A stretch of DNA of 64,000 nt from an uncultured Bdellovibrionales bacterium (GTDB lineage Bacteria > Patescibacteriota > Minisyncoccia > Moranbacterales > GWC2-37-73). The notes below the pieces were generated by a model. The model saw nothing but the letters and a program-made list of their open reading frames with translations, was not told the origin of the DNA and ran no database searches. Each line of letters starts with the position of its first letter. The stretch's first letter is position 1. Below, piece by piece: positions 31,477-39,931 of the stretch. The translations under genes and the position numbers were made by a program. The DNA lies in contig CAZCMV010000004.1 in NCBI GenBank assembly GCA_964500125.1, positions 7,010 to 71,009 of the forward strand, read 5' to 3'.

Positions 31477-32505
31477 CTATAATATTTCTTTTATTATACT
31501 TTCATATTTGCCTATCTCCAAAAGCATCATTACCATCTCAGCGAGTTTGTGGCTGTCGTGACGAATAAAAGCACGCTTGTCTGCAAGAGAATCGCTTATG
31601 CTGAAAACCGGTTTTTTTCCACTCAAAATATCCCCGCGAATCACTCTATATTTACGCTCTTTGCGAACCGAATGATCAAATTCAATCAATAACTCTTTTT
31701 TGCTTTCATATTTTTCAATCAGATTTTTACCGGGTTTTTTGGAGTTGAAAGTGACAAAATCAATTCTTTTTTTACCAATAAAAGAATTTATGGAATCAAC
31801 ATAATCATCAAGGGTAAAGTGATCCGTATGTCCCGGTTTATTTACCAAGTTGCAATTATATACTACAGTGGCTTTTGATTTTTGGATGGCTTGAGAAATA
31901 CCCTTTACTAAAAAATTAGGCACAATCGAACAAAAATGATTTCCCGGACCAATAACTACCAGATCTGCTTCCGCAATTCTTTTGAGAGCTTTCGGATTAG
32001 CTTTCACATTTGGCGAGAAATACATCTTTTCTATGCCATGTTTCTGAATTGAAAAATTATGATTAATTTCATTCTCCCCCTTCAATATTTTTCCGTTTTT
32101 CATTTCCAAAAAAAGATGCGCATGATCATTGGTAACTGGAATCACTTCGCCCTTAACATTCAAAATTTTACTAACCTCTTCTACGCCATCATTAAAATTG
32201 CCTTTTATTTTTTCCAAGGCCGACAACAAGAGATTGCCAAATGAATGACCCTTAAGAGAACCGCTCTCGAAACGATAATTAAGAAGCTCACGAAGGACTT
32301 CAGAAGATTCACTTAGTGCTACCAAACATTGACGCACATCTCCTGGAGGAAGCACGCCAAGTTCGTCGCGAAGCACACCGGTTGAACCTCCATCATCAGC
32401 CATTGAAACAATCGCCGAAATGTCTACCGGATATTTTTTAAGACCAGAGAGCAAAGTAAAGCTTCCCGTCCCCCCGCCGATTGTAACTATTCGCTTTCTC
32501 TTCAT
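31477..32505 (-). CDS. yvcK: YvcK/GlmR family protein
   Basis: GGGTG, DDGGSTGVLR, PPGDVR, GHSFGN, RHDS. Confidence 0.93.
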   Translation of the reverse strand: MKRKRIVTIGGGTGSFTLLSGLKKYPVDISAIVSMADDGGSTGVLRDELGVLPPGDVRQCLVALSESSEVLRELLNYRFESGSLKGHSFGNLLLSALEKIKGNFNDGVEEVSKILNVKGEVIPVTNDHAHLFLEMKNGKILKGENEINHNFSIQKHGIEKMYFSPNVKANPKALKRIAEADLVVIGPGNHFCSIVPNFLVKGISQAIQKSKATVVYNCNLVNKPGHTDHFTLDDYVDSINSFIGKKRIDFVTFNSKKPGKNLIEKYESKKELLIEFDHSVRKERKYRVIRGDILSGKKPVFSISDSLADKRAFIRHDSHKLAEMVMMLLEIGKYESIIKEIL

Positions 32506-32621
32506 ATAATCATGTAATCATACAAGCATACAATCATATAAACATGAAACCCGTGTTTGAATGTTTAAACGCTTACACGTCTGTGATTTGTATGTTTAAA
32601 TGTTTGAATGTTTGAATGTTT
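32506..32621. repeat. Empty octamer inverted-arm element (AAACAT/ATGTTT family)
   Basis: aatcatacaagcatacaatcatataaacat ... gtatgtttaaatgtttgaatgtttgaatgttt. Confidence 0.9.
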
Positions 32622-33300
32622 AAATGAATTTATGTATCGCCTCCTCTGCTTTCCCTAGGTCATCAGGATTGCCGATTGGATGCCAATCATGCGCTTTGAG
32701 AATTTTGATTTTCTCATCCTGCGCCATCTGTACCAATGTTTGCGGCAAACCAAATTCAGTTTCACTCACCCTCACCAAGGGATAATCAAAAAAATGTTTA
32801 CTCAAAACGTACGCCCCGATATTAGCGAGTCCCGGCCCGCCCTCCTTGGGCTTTTCGATTATATCAACCAAATGGTGCTGTTCGTCGATTTTAAAAACTC
32901 CAAATCTGCTGCAATCCTCAACATGGATGGCTAAAATAGAAAAAGGAAATTCAATCATCTTTGCCAAATCGTCGCGATAATACAAATCATCACCCATCAG
33001 CACCAAGAATTTTCCTTTGATAACATCCTTGCAACAATGCACCGCCCCACCAGTTCCATTCAACGTGTCTTGCTGCACATATGTTATCTTGCGACCACCA
33101 AATTCAGTGCCGAAATATTTTTTGATGTGCTCACCAAGATAATTCACCACAAAAATAACTTCATCAATTTCCTTGGGCAAAAAGCTCAGAGTGTGCTCCA
33201 AAATGGGCTTTCCCGCCACGGGAAGCATCGGTTTGGGAATGTCATATGTCAAAGGACGCATCCGTGTACCCTTTCCTGCTGCCAAAATTACTGCCTGCAT
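32620..33300 (-). CDS. Sugar-phosphate nucleotidyltransferase
   Basis: VILAAGKGTRMRPLT..PKPM, GDD. Confidence 0.92.
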   Translation of the reverse strand: MQAVILAAGKGTRMRPLTYDIPKPMLPVAGKPILEHTLSFLPKEIDEVIFVVNYLGEHIKKYFGTEFGGRKITYVQQDTLNGTGGAVHCCKDVIKGKFLVLMGDDLYYRDDLAKMIEFPFSILAIHVEDCSRFGVFKIDEQHHLVDIIEKPKEGGPGLANIGAYVLSKHFFDYPLVRVSETEFGLPQTLVQMAQDEKIKILKAHDWHPIGNPDDLGKAEEAIHKFI

Positions 33301-33306
33301 AAAATT

Positions 33307-33747
33307 TCATATAAACATCTTAACATTCAAACATGAAAACATTCATTTTTTTATCGACTGAATTGATTTCCATAACATTGCACCTATTTCATCAGCTAAT
33401 AAAATAGCTTCTTTATAGTCAGATCCCTTGCAATACTTTTCCACTAAAGAAAAGTGCAACAAATATTTAGTTTCTTTTAGTGATCCGTACGAAATTTCCC
33501 AAAAATTTAATTTAACCGCATTTCTTTGACGCGCATATCCTTCTATATAATTAAGGATTATTGAAAGCGCAGCTCTTCTTATCTGAGAGACCACACCATA
33601 CAATTAATCTCTGGGAAATTCTTTTGTTATTCTGTACACAAGATGCACATACGAATCCATTTTCATTTTTAAGTTTTCAGAAAATCCATCCACAATTTTA
33701 TTTGTATGTTTATGTGCTTGAATGTTTAAATGCTTGAATGTTTAAAT
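33307..33747 (-). mobile_element. Four-helix-bundle gene cassette bracketed by inverted octamer arrays
   Basis: Arms 33307-33343 (aaacatct/aacattca/aaacatga) and 33700-33747 (gaatgttt/aatgcttg) are reverse complements around the gene; mobility is inferred. Confidence 0.65.
33343..33693 (-). pseudogene. Four helix bundle protein (23S rRNA IVP / bAvd-like) with internal stop
   Basis: VYRITKEFPRD*LYGVVSQIRRAALSIILNYIEG...ISYGSLKETKYLL; TAA at 33604-33606 where Glu is expected. Confidence 0.88.
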
Positions 33748-36282
33748 GACGATATTAATAAGTTTCCCGGGAACAAAAATGATTTTCTTGATTTCCTTTC
33801 CTTCGGTAAACGCTTTTATTTTTTCACTTTCCAATGCGGTTTCTTTTATTTCATCTTCCGTCACATCAGCGGCAACGATCAAACGATCACGCACTTTGCC
33901 GTTTACCTGCACAACCATCTCAACCTCTTCGTCTTTGGCCAATTCCGGATCATATTTGGGCCACTCGGACAAAAATATGCTTTCTTTGTTTCCCAGCTTT
34001 TCATTCAATTCTTCCGCAATATGTGGAGCAAAGGGAGCAAGTAATATAATCAACTGCTGGTAATCAGCAACTAGTATTTCCTTTTCTTTTTCCATTGCGT
34101 TTACCAAAATCATCAACGAGCTAATCGCCGTATTAAACCTGAAATTCTCAATATCCTCCGTAACTTTTTTAATGGTCTTATGTAACAAGGAAGAAATTTT
34201 ATTGTTCATTACCCCTTGTTCACTAATCATTGATTGCAATTTCCAAACCTTCTCCAAAAATCGATAAACCCCACTCACACTGTTAGTACTCCAAGCCACA
34301 CTCTGTGTAAATGGACCCATAAACATCTCATAAATCCTCATTGCGTCCGCGCCAAATTCAGCAATCACATCATCCGGGTTCACCACATTATTCCAGCGCT
34401 TACTCATCTTGCGCCCATCCTCAGCCATAATCAAACCAACATGAACCAATTTCTTGAAAGGTTCAGTAGTAGAAACCACACCGATATCATACAAAAATTT
34501 ATGCCAAAAACGCGCATACAAAAGATGTCTTGTTGCATGCTCAGCTCCACCAACATAAAGATCAACTGGCATCCACTTTTTTTCCTTCTCTTTATCAATC
34601 AGCGCGTTGTCATTTTTTGGATCGATATAACGCAGATAATACCAAGATGACCCCGCCCATTGAGGCATAGTGTTCGTCTCGCGTTTAGCTGATCCACCGC
34701 ATGTCGGACATGTTGTATTTACCCATTCTTCAATTGTCGCCAAGGGACCCTCGCCTGTTCCTGTCGGCTCATAATGTTCAACTTCAGGTAACAATACAGG
34801 CAAGTCTTTTTCCGGTACACCAACTGCACCACATTTTTCACAGTGGACGATCGGTATCGGCTCGCCCCAATATCGCTGGCGGGAAAATACCCAGTCACGC
34901 ATCTTGTAATTCACTTTTCGCTTTCCAATTCCTTCTTTCTCCAGCCACTCGCTCATTTTCTCCCGGGCATATTCAGAATCAAAACCTGTATATTCACCAG
35001 ATTCTACCAAATTTCCTTCAGATACAGAGCATTTTTCTCCAGAAATAATACTATTAAAAAACTTTTCCTCATCCTTCATAAATTGTTCTGAATCTGGAAT
35101 TCCCGAGGATTTAATTTCATACATTTCTGGCATAATTACACATTTCACGCCCAGATTATATTTTTTGGCGAATTCAAAATCACGCTCATCATGTGCCGGC
35201 ACCGCCATCACCGCACCGGTTCCATAGCCACCAATGACATAATCAGCAACAAACAAAGGCACGGCTTCATTATTAAAAGGATTTATAACTTCAATACCCT
35301 CAATTCTCACGCCTGTTTTTTCTTTCTGCAAATCAGTTCTTTCCAAAGCGGTCTTGTTTTGTGCCACAATTACATATTTTTCAACTTCCGCATAATTTTT
35401 TATCTTATCTTTGATTTTTTCAATAATCTCATGTTCCGGCGCAACCACCGCATACGTCATACCAAAAACCGTATCCAAACGCGTAGTATAGACCTCTATA
35501 TACATATCATCTTGAGCGTTAGCGACAGATCCCATATTATTTCGTGATTCTTCACTCAGCTCCGCTCCGTTCAGAATGACGCTAAGTTTGAATTGCGCAC
35601 CCTCTGAGCGTCCAATCCAGTTTTTCTGTTGGTCGATTATGGAATTCTCCCAATCCAAGTCACTGCTGTCCAAATCATAAAGCAACCGATCGGCATAATC
35701 AGTCATTTTCAAAACCCATTGGCGCATTTTTTTCTGCACCACCTGAGAACCACAACGCTCGCAAAGCCCTTTTTCCAAATCCTCATTAGCTAAAACCGTT
35801 TTACAAGAAGGGCACCAATTTACCGGCTCGTTTGATTCATATGCCAAACCTTTTTCAAAAAGCTTCAGAAAAATCCATTGGGTCCATTTATAATAGTCCG
35901 GGTCAATGGTATTGATTTCTCTGTCCCAATCATAATTAAAGCCAAACATTTCAAGCTGTTTCTTAAATCTCTTCACGTGTTCCCTTACGAATACATCCGG
36001 ATTGACCTTGTTTTTAATAGCATAATTCTCCGCCGGCAGTCCAAACGCATCCCATCCCATAGGATGAAGTACGCTATATCCTTGTAACATTTTCATACGT
36101 GAAACCACGTCGGTAGCAATATACCCTTTTGGATGACCAACATGAATACCGGAACCGGAAATATATGGGAACATATCGAGCGCGTAAAATTTCTTTTCGT
36201 GCGAATAATCTTTATACAGTCTGCTATCTTCCCACTTCTTCTGCCACTTTTTTTCTATTTTAGATGGTTCGTATTTTTCCAT
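33742..36282 (-). CDS. leuS: Leucine--tRNA ligase
   Basis: MFPYISGSGIHVGH, FSRQRYWG, KMSKR. Confidence 0.98.
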   Translation of the reverse strand: MEKYEPSKIEKKWQKKWEDSRLYKDYSHEKKFYALDMFPYISGSGIHVGHPKGYIATDVVSRMKMLQGYSVLHPMGWDAFGLPAENYAIKNKVNPDVFVREHVKRFKKQLEMFGFNYDWDREINTIDPDYYKWTQWIFLKLFEKGLAYESNEPVNWCPSCKTVLANEDLEKGLCERCGSQVVQKKMRQWVLKMTDYADRLLYDLDSSDLDWENSIIDQQKNWIGRSEGAQFKLSVILNGAELSEESRNNMGSVANAQDDMYIEVYTTRLDTVFGMTYAVVAPEHEIIEKIKDKIKNYAEVEKYVIVAQNKTALERTDLQKEKTGVRIEGIEVINPFNNEAVPLFVADYVIGGYGTGAVMAVPAHDERDFEFAKKYNLGVKCVIMPEMYEIKSSGIPDSEQFMKDEEKFFNSIISGEKCSVSEGNLVESGEYTGFDSEYAREKMSEWLEKEGIGKRKVNYKMRDWVFSRQRYWGEPIPIVHCEKCGAVGVPEKDLPVLLPEVEHYEPTGTGEGPLATIEEWVNTTCPTCGGSAKRETNTMPQWAGSSWYYLRYIDPKNDNALIDKEKEKKWMPVDLYVGGAEHATRHLLYARFWHKFLYDIGVVSTTEPFKKLVHVGLIMAEDGRKMSKRWNNVVNPDDVIAEFGADAMRIYEMFMGPFTQSVAWSTNSVSGVYRFLEKVWKLQSMISEQGVMNNKISSLLHKTIKKVTEDIENFRFNTAISSLMILVNAMEKEKEILVADYQQLIILLAPFAPHIAEELNEKLGNKESIFLSEWPKYDPELAKDEEVEMVVQVNGKVRDRLIVAADVTEDEIKETALESEKIKAFTEGKEIKKIIFVPGKLINIVI
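35507..35580. repeat. REP-like palindromic element in frame within leuS
   Basis: tcatcttgagcg..gatc...gattcttcact..cgttcagaatgac; same ends as 2797 and 8181 elements. Confidence 0.8.
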
Positions 36283-36283
36283 A

Positions 36284-36381
36284 TTGTTACACTGTTATAT
36301 TTTCACATTGTTAACCAATATTAAAAGCTGCCAATTTTCCTTTATATTAGCAGCAATGTAGCGATTTAGCAATGTAGTAAT
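36284..36381. repeat. Octamer inverted-arm element (ACATTGTT/AGCAATGT family)
   Basis: attgttacactgtta..cacattgtta ... agcaatgtagcgatttagcaatgtag. Confidence 0.8.
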
Positions 36382-37191
36382 CTATTTTTTTCGGGATTCA
36401 AAGGCCAAATAAACATTTTCCAAAAGACATGCGATCGTAACGGGACCAACACCACCGGGAACCGGAGAAAGAAAGCCTTCTTTTTCCTTTGTTGAGGCAA
36501 AATCCACGTCTCCTACTGTCACTCCGTTCACTTTCTCAATTCCCCCGTCAATAACAATAGCGCCATCCTTAAACATTTCACCCCGAAGAAGCCCTGGCGA
36601 GCCCACAGCACTTATCACAACATCTGCAGCCTTGATTTTGCCAAGATTCGAGGAGATATTTTTCGACAAAATGTATTCTGCAGTCATATTTTCATTTTTG
36701 AGCATATCAATCATAGCTTTGCCAAATTCATCGGAATTTGCTATAACCAAGGCATTTTTTTCCTTTAAATCAACGCCGCTACTCTTTGCAAGAAGCAAAA
36801 TTGCCCTAGGAAAAACCGGAAACAATCCACTCTGAGATGAAAACCCGTCTACGTCCTTTTTGGGATCAATTGCCTTAATAATCAAATCCGTATCAAATTC
36901 CGAAGGCAACGGCAACTGCACAAGAATGCCATCAATATCTTCGTCTGCACTCATCATTTTCACACATTCCAACACGGATTCTTGTTTTTCTTTAGCAGAA
37001 AATTTATATAAAGAAACATCAATACCCACGCTTTTAGCCGCCTTTTCCTTTAGTGACACATAAAGCTCGGAAGCTGGATCATCACCTACCAAAAAAACCG
37101 CCAAATGAGGATGAACTCCTTTTTTGCACACTTTTGAACATATGCTGTCCAGAATTTTTTCCGAGACTAATTTTCCGTCTAGTAACTTCAT
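36382..37191 (-). CDS. folD: Bifunctional methylenetetrahydrofolate dehydrogenase/cyclohydrolase
   Basis: YVSLK, GILVQLPLP, KDVDG, SPVPGGVGPVT. Confidence 0.95.
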   Translation of the reverse strand: MKLLDGKLVSEKILDSICSKVCKKGVHPHLAVFLVGDDPASELYVSLKEKAAKSVGIDVSLYKFSAKEKQESVLECVKMMSADEDIDGILVQLPLPSEFDTDLIIKAIDPKKDVDGFSSQSGLFPVFPRAILLLAKSSGVDLKEKNALVIANSDEFGKAMIDMLKNENMTAEYILSKNISSNLGKIKAADVVISAVGSPGLLRGEMFKDGAIVIDGGIEKVNGVTVGDVDFASTKEKEGFLSPVPGGVGPVTIACLLENVYLAFESRKK

Positions 37192-37192
37192 A

Positions 37193-37308
37193 ATGAATCA
37201 TCTTAACATACAATCATTTAAACATATAAATACACTAAAACACAAGCACTTTAAGATATTTAAATGCCTACATGTTTAAATGTTTATATGTTTTAATGTT
37301 TTTATGAT
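37193..37308. repeat. Empty octamer inverted-arm element (AAACAT/ATGTTT family)
   Basis: taacatacaatcatttaaacatata ... atgtttaaatgtttatatgttttaatgttt. Confidence 0.88.
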
Positions 37309-38523
37309 CTACTTGTACCTCAGTGCATCCAAAGGATCAATTTTGCTGGCACGCCGAGCAGGAGCAAGACCGGTAAACAAACCCACAACCGCAGAAAAAG
37401 CTATGATAGCAAGCACGAACCAAAGAGGGCTATAGAAAAGAGTAACTTCTTCGCCACCGAAACGAGCAGCTACAAAATTAATCAACCAATTAAATACAAC
37501 TCCTCCCAGGTAGCCCATCAAAACACCAGCAAGACCACCCAGAAAACCCATTATTGCAGACTCCATGAAAAACATTATTGAGATACTCCCATCAGAAGCT
37601 CCAATTGATTTCATGATACCGATTTCTTCCGTGCGCTCTAGAAGTGCAATAGTCATCGTATTAAACATACCAATCGCCGAAACAATTAAAGCAATGATAC
37701 CAAAAAGCATTAAGATCAATTGAACGATACTAAAAATCTTGTTTGCTTGATCAACAGTATCTGAAAGCGAAGACACTAAAAGTCCCTCATTTATTATGGC
37801 GTCACGAATAACTGACATTTCCTGATTAGAATCACATTTTACCTTCACTTGCGAATATCTTTCTATGTTTAAATCGCTAAGAGATTTTGAATTCACATAA
37901 ACTACATTTTCTTCACTGCTTACCATCCCTATTATCTTATATGAATTTTTACTATCAATTCGTTCGTATTCAGCTTGAGATTCACTTTCACCTTCGGAAG
38001 ATCCTCTTTCCTTGGGTACAAAGAAAGAAAAAGTCATTTCTTTGCCAATCATTTCTTCATCATTTTTGCCAAAAACCTGAGCTATGGCGCTACTAACAAC
38101 TATGCCATTCGTAACATCATCAGATAGAAGTTCTCCCTGCGTAGCCTTGAATCCACCAAGCTTTAAATATGATGGTTTAGATACGAAAGAAACCAGATCG
38201 GCTGATAAATCGTCAAGGTGACCTTGTGCAGTCAATTGAAATGCTGGACTTACTTCAGAAACACCCTCCATTTGTTGCAATTTATCTATCCTTTCGTTAT
38301 TAAGCATTATAACGCCAGACTTTGCTTCAGTAATATCAAGAGTAAGTAGCGAATCAGAAGTAGTAATTCTCTCTAATAGCGTTTTCTGCAAACCATATCC
38401 CAAAGACACCAAAAACAATATGGCTCCAATACCAATACTCATACCAAGAATGGTTAGAAGCGTACGCGAGGTTCGCGCCTTAAACATTCTGGTTGATAGT
38501 CTAAATAAATCAACAAATTTCAT
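37309..38523 (-). CDS. MacB/FtsX-type ABC permease
   Basis: RTLLTILGMSIG, ERTEEIGIMKSIGA, PARRASKIDPLDALR. Confidence 0.93.
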   Translation of the reverse strand: MKFVDLFRLSTRMFKARTSRTLLTILGMSIGIGAILFLVSLGYGLQKTLLERITTSDSLLTLDITEAKSGVIMLNNERIDKLQQMEGVSEVSPAFQLTAQGHLDDLSADLVSFVSKPSYLKLGGFKATQGELLSDDVTNGIVVSSAIAQVFGKNDEEMIGKEMTFSFFVPKERGSSEGESESQAEYERIDSKNSYKIIGMVSSEENVVYVNSKSLSDLNIERYSQVKVKCDSNQEMSVIRDAIINEGLLVSSLSDTVDQANKIFSIVQLILMLFGIIALIVSAIGMFNTMTIALLERTEEIGIMKSIGASDGSISIMFFMESAIMGFLGGLAGVLMGYLGGVVFNWLINFVAARFGGEEVTLFYSPLWFVLAIIAFSAVVGLFTGLAPARRASKIDPLDALRYK

Positions 38524-38559
38524 TTGGATAATTTATTATCTGATTCGCAATTCATGGAA

Positions 38560-39870
38560 TTATGATGAATATTTTAACAACATTATCATTTCAACTTCCC
38601 TAGCCAGTCTCTCGGCAGTATTTTTATAAAGCCCGATTCCGCCTAAATTCATACTGGCATCTAGACGTTGAACCAAGCCAAAACGATCTATTTTATTATT
38701 CACACGTAATTGTAAAAATATATGCAGTCTTTTGATTTGTTCCTCGTTCAGCTTCAAATCAAACATTTTTTTCAAGTGATCAATTAAAATAGCTATGGAT
38801 TCCGGATCATTTTTGCCTATATTTTCAGCTTGTTTTAATATACCCTCGACTCTTGCCGTAAAAGACTTGGCTCGTTTCTTGTTAAAGCCAGCACCGCCAT
38901 CATTATAGTCGTCATCCAGCCTGTTTTCAAAAATCTCTAAGTTTATATTTTTAAACAGAAGTTCCTTAAGTAAAGCTTCCGCTACTGAAACTTGTTCTTC
39001 ATTGAGTTCAGATAGAACATGAGACAACAATTGTTTTGCTTTAAAGGGAACAAGCAAAACTCCTATTTGTTGCAAAGAAAGATTCTTGAAAGTTCTTGAA
39101 AGGATACGCAAATCCTCGGAAACTTCTGCGGGAGTGTTGAGTATCTCTTTTTTTACTTCATTGACAGGCCTTTTTTCCCTTCTAATCTCTTCAGACACAA
39201 TCTTACCATCCCGCATATGAATAACACGATCTGCATAGAAAAGATGCTCAGGATTATGTGTAACCATGATCACCGTTTTTTTATCGACCGTATTAAGTTC
39301 CTGCAAAATTTCCAAAACGTTTTGTGCCGACTCACTATCCAAATTACCAACCGGCTCATCCGCCAAAATTATCTGCGGATTATTTACCAAAGAACGAGCA
39401 ATTGCCACCCGCTGTTTTTGTCCGCCAGAAAGCTGACTGGGAAATTTGTCTGCTTGTTCAGCAATTCCAAAACGATGCAAAAGTTTCATTGCTTCAATTT
39501 TTCGTTGTTTCAAATCTTCACCACTAAAAACTTTTGGCAAACAAACATTATCCCAAACAGTAAGGGTTGGTATGAGATAAAAAGCTTGAAAAATCATGCC
39601 AATTCCAGATTGATGAAATTCCACCGCCTCCCTTTTAGTCATTTTTGCCAAATTTTTTCCATTAACAACAACTTCACCATATGTTGGCGCCTGAAGTCCG
39701 GAAATACCATAAAGCAGGGTAGATTTGCCGCAACCGGAAGGACCGAAAATAATAACATATTCTTCAGGAAAAATCTTCACGCTTGCGCCATCAAGTGATC
39801 GTACTTCATTAGATTTTCCCTGATTATATATAACACGAAGTTGCTCTACAATTATGTTCGGTTCAGTCAT
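38560..39870 (-). CDS. ABC ATP-binding protein (LolD/MacB type) with about 200-aa C-terminal extension
   Basis: GPSGCGKST, LSGGQ, ILADEP, VTH. Confidence 0.93.
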   Translation of the reverse strand: MTEPNIIVEQLRVIYNQGKSNEVRSLDGASVKIFPEEYVIIFGPSGCGKSTLLYGISGLQAPTYGEVVVNGKNLAKMTKREAVEFHQSGIGMIFQAFYLIPTLTVWDNVCLPKVFSGEDLKQRKIEAMKLLHRFGIAEQADKFPSQLSGGQKQRVAIARSLVNNPQIILADEPVGNLDSESAQNVLEILQELNTVDKKTVIMVTHNPEHLFYADRVIHMRDGKIVSEEIRREKRPVNEVKKEILNTPAEVSEDLRILSRTFKNLSLQQIGVLLVPFKAKQLLSHVLSELNEEQVSVAEALLKELLFKNINLEIFENRLDDDYNDGGAGFNKKRAKSFTARVEGILKQAENIGKNDPESIAILIDHLKKMFDLKLNEEQIKRLHIFLQLRVNNKIDRFGLVQRLDASMNLGGIGLYKNTAERLAREVEMIMLLKYSS

Positions 39871-39931
39871 TTTTTGTATACATATTTATGTTACTTTGTG
39901 CAAGCATTATATCACAAAAAACTACTTTAGA

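Noticed and set aside
33604-33606. Alternative genetic code or stop readthrough
   Set aside because: The codon is TAA, and TAA, TAG and TGA all terminate conserved genes normally here
24123-33693. Diversity-generating retroelement (Avd-like gene plus lectin-fold protein)
   Set aside because: No reverse transcriptase in the window and no template/variable repeat pair differing at adenines was seen
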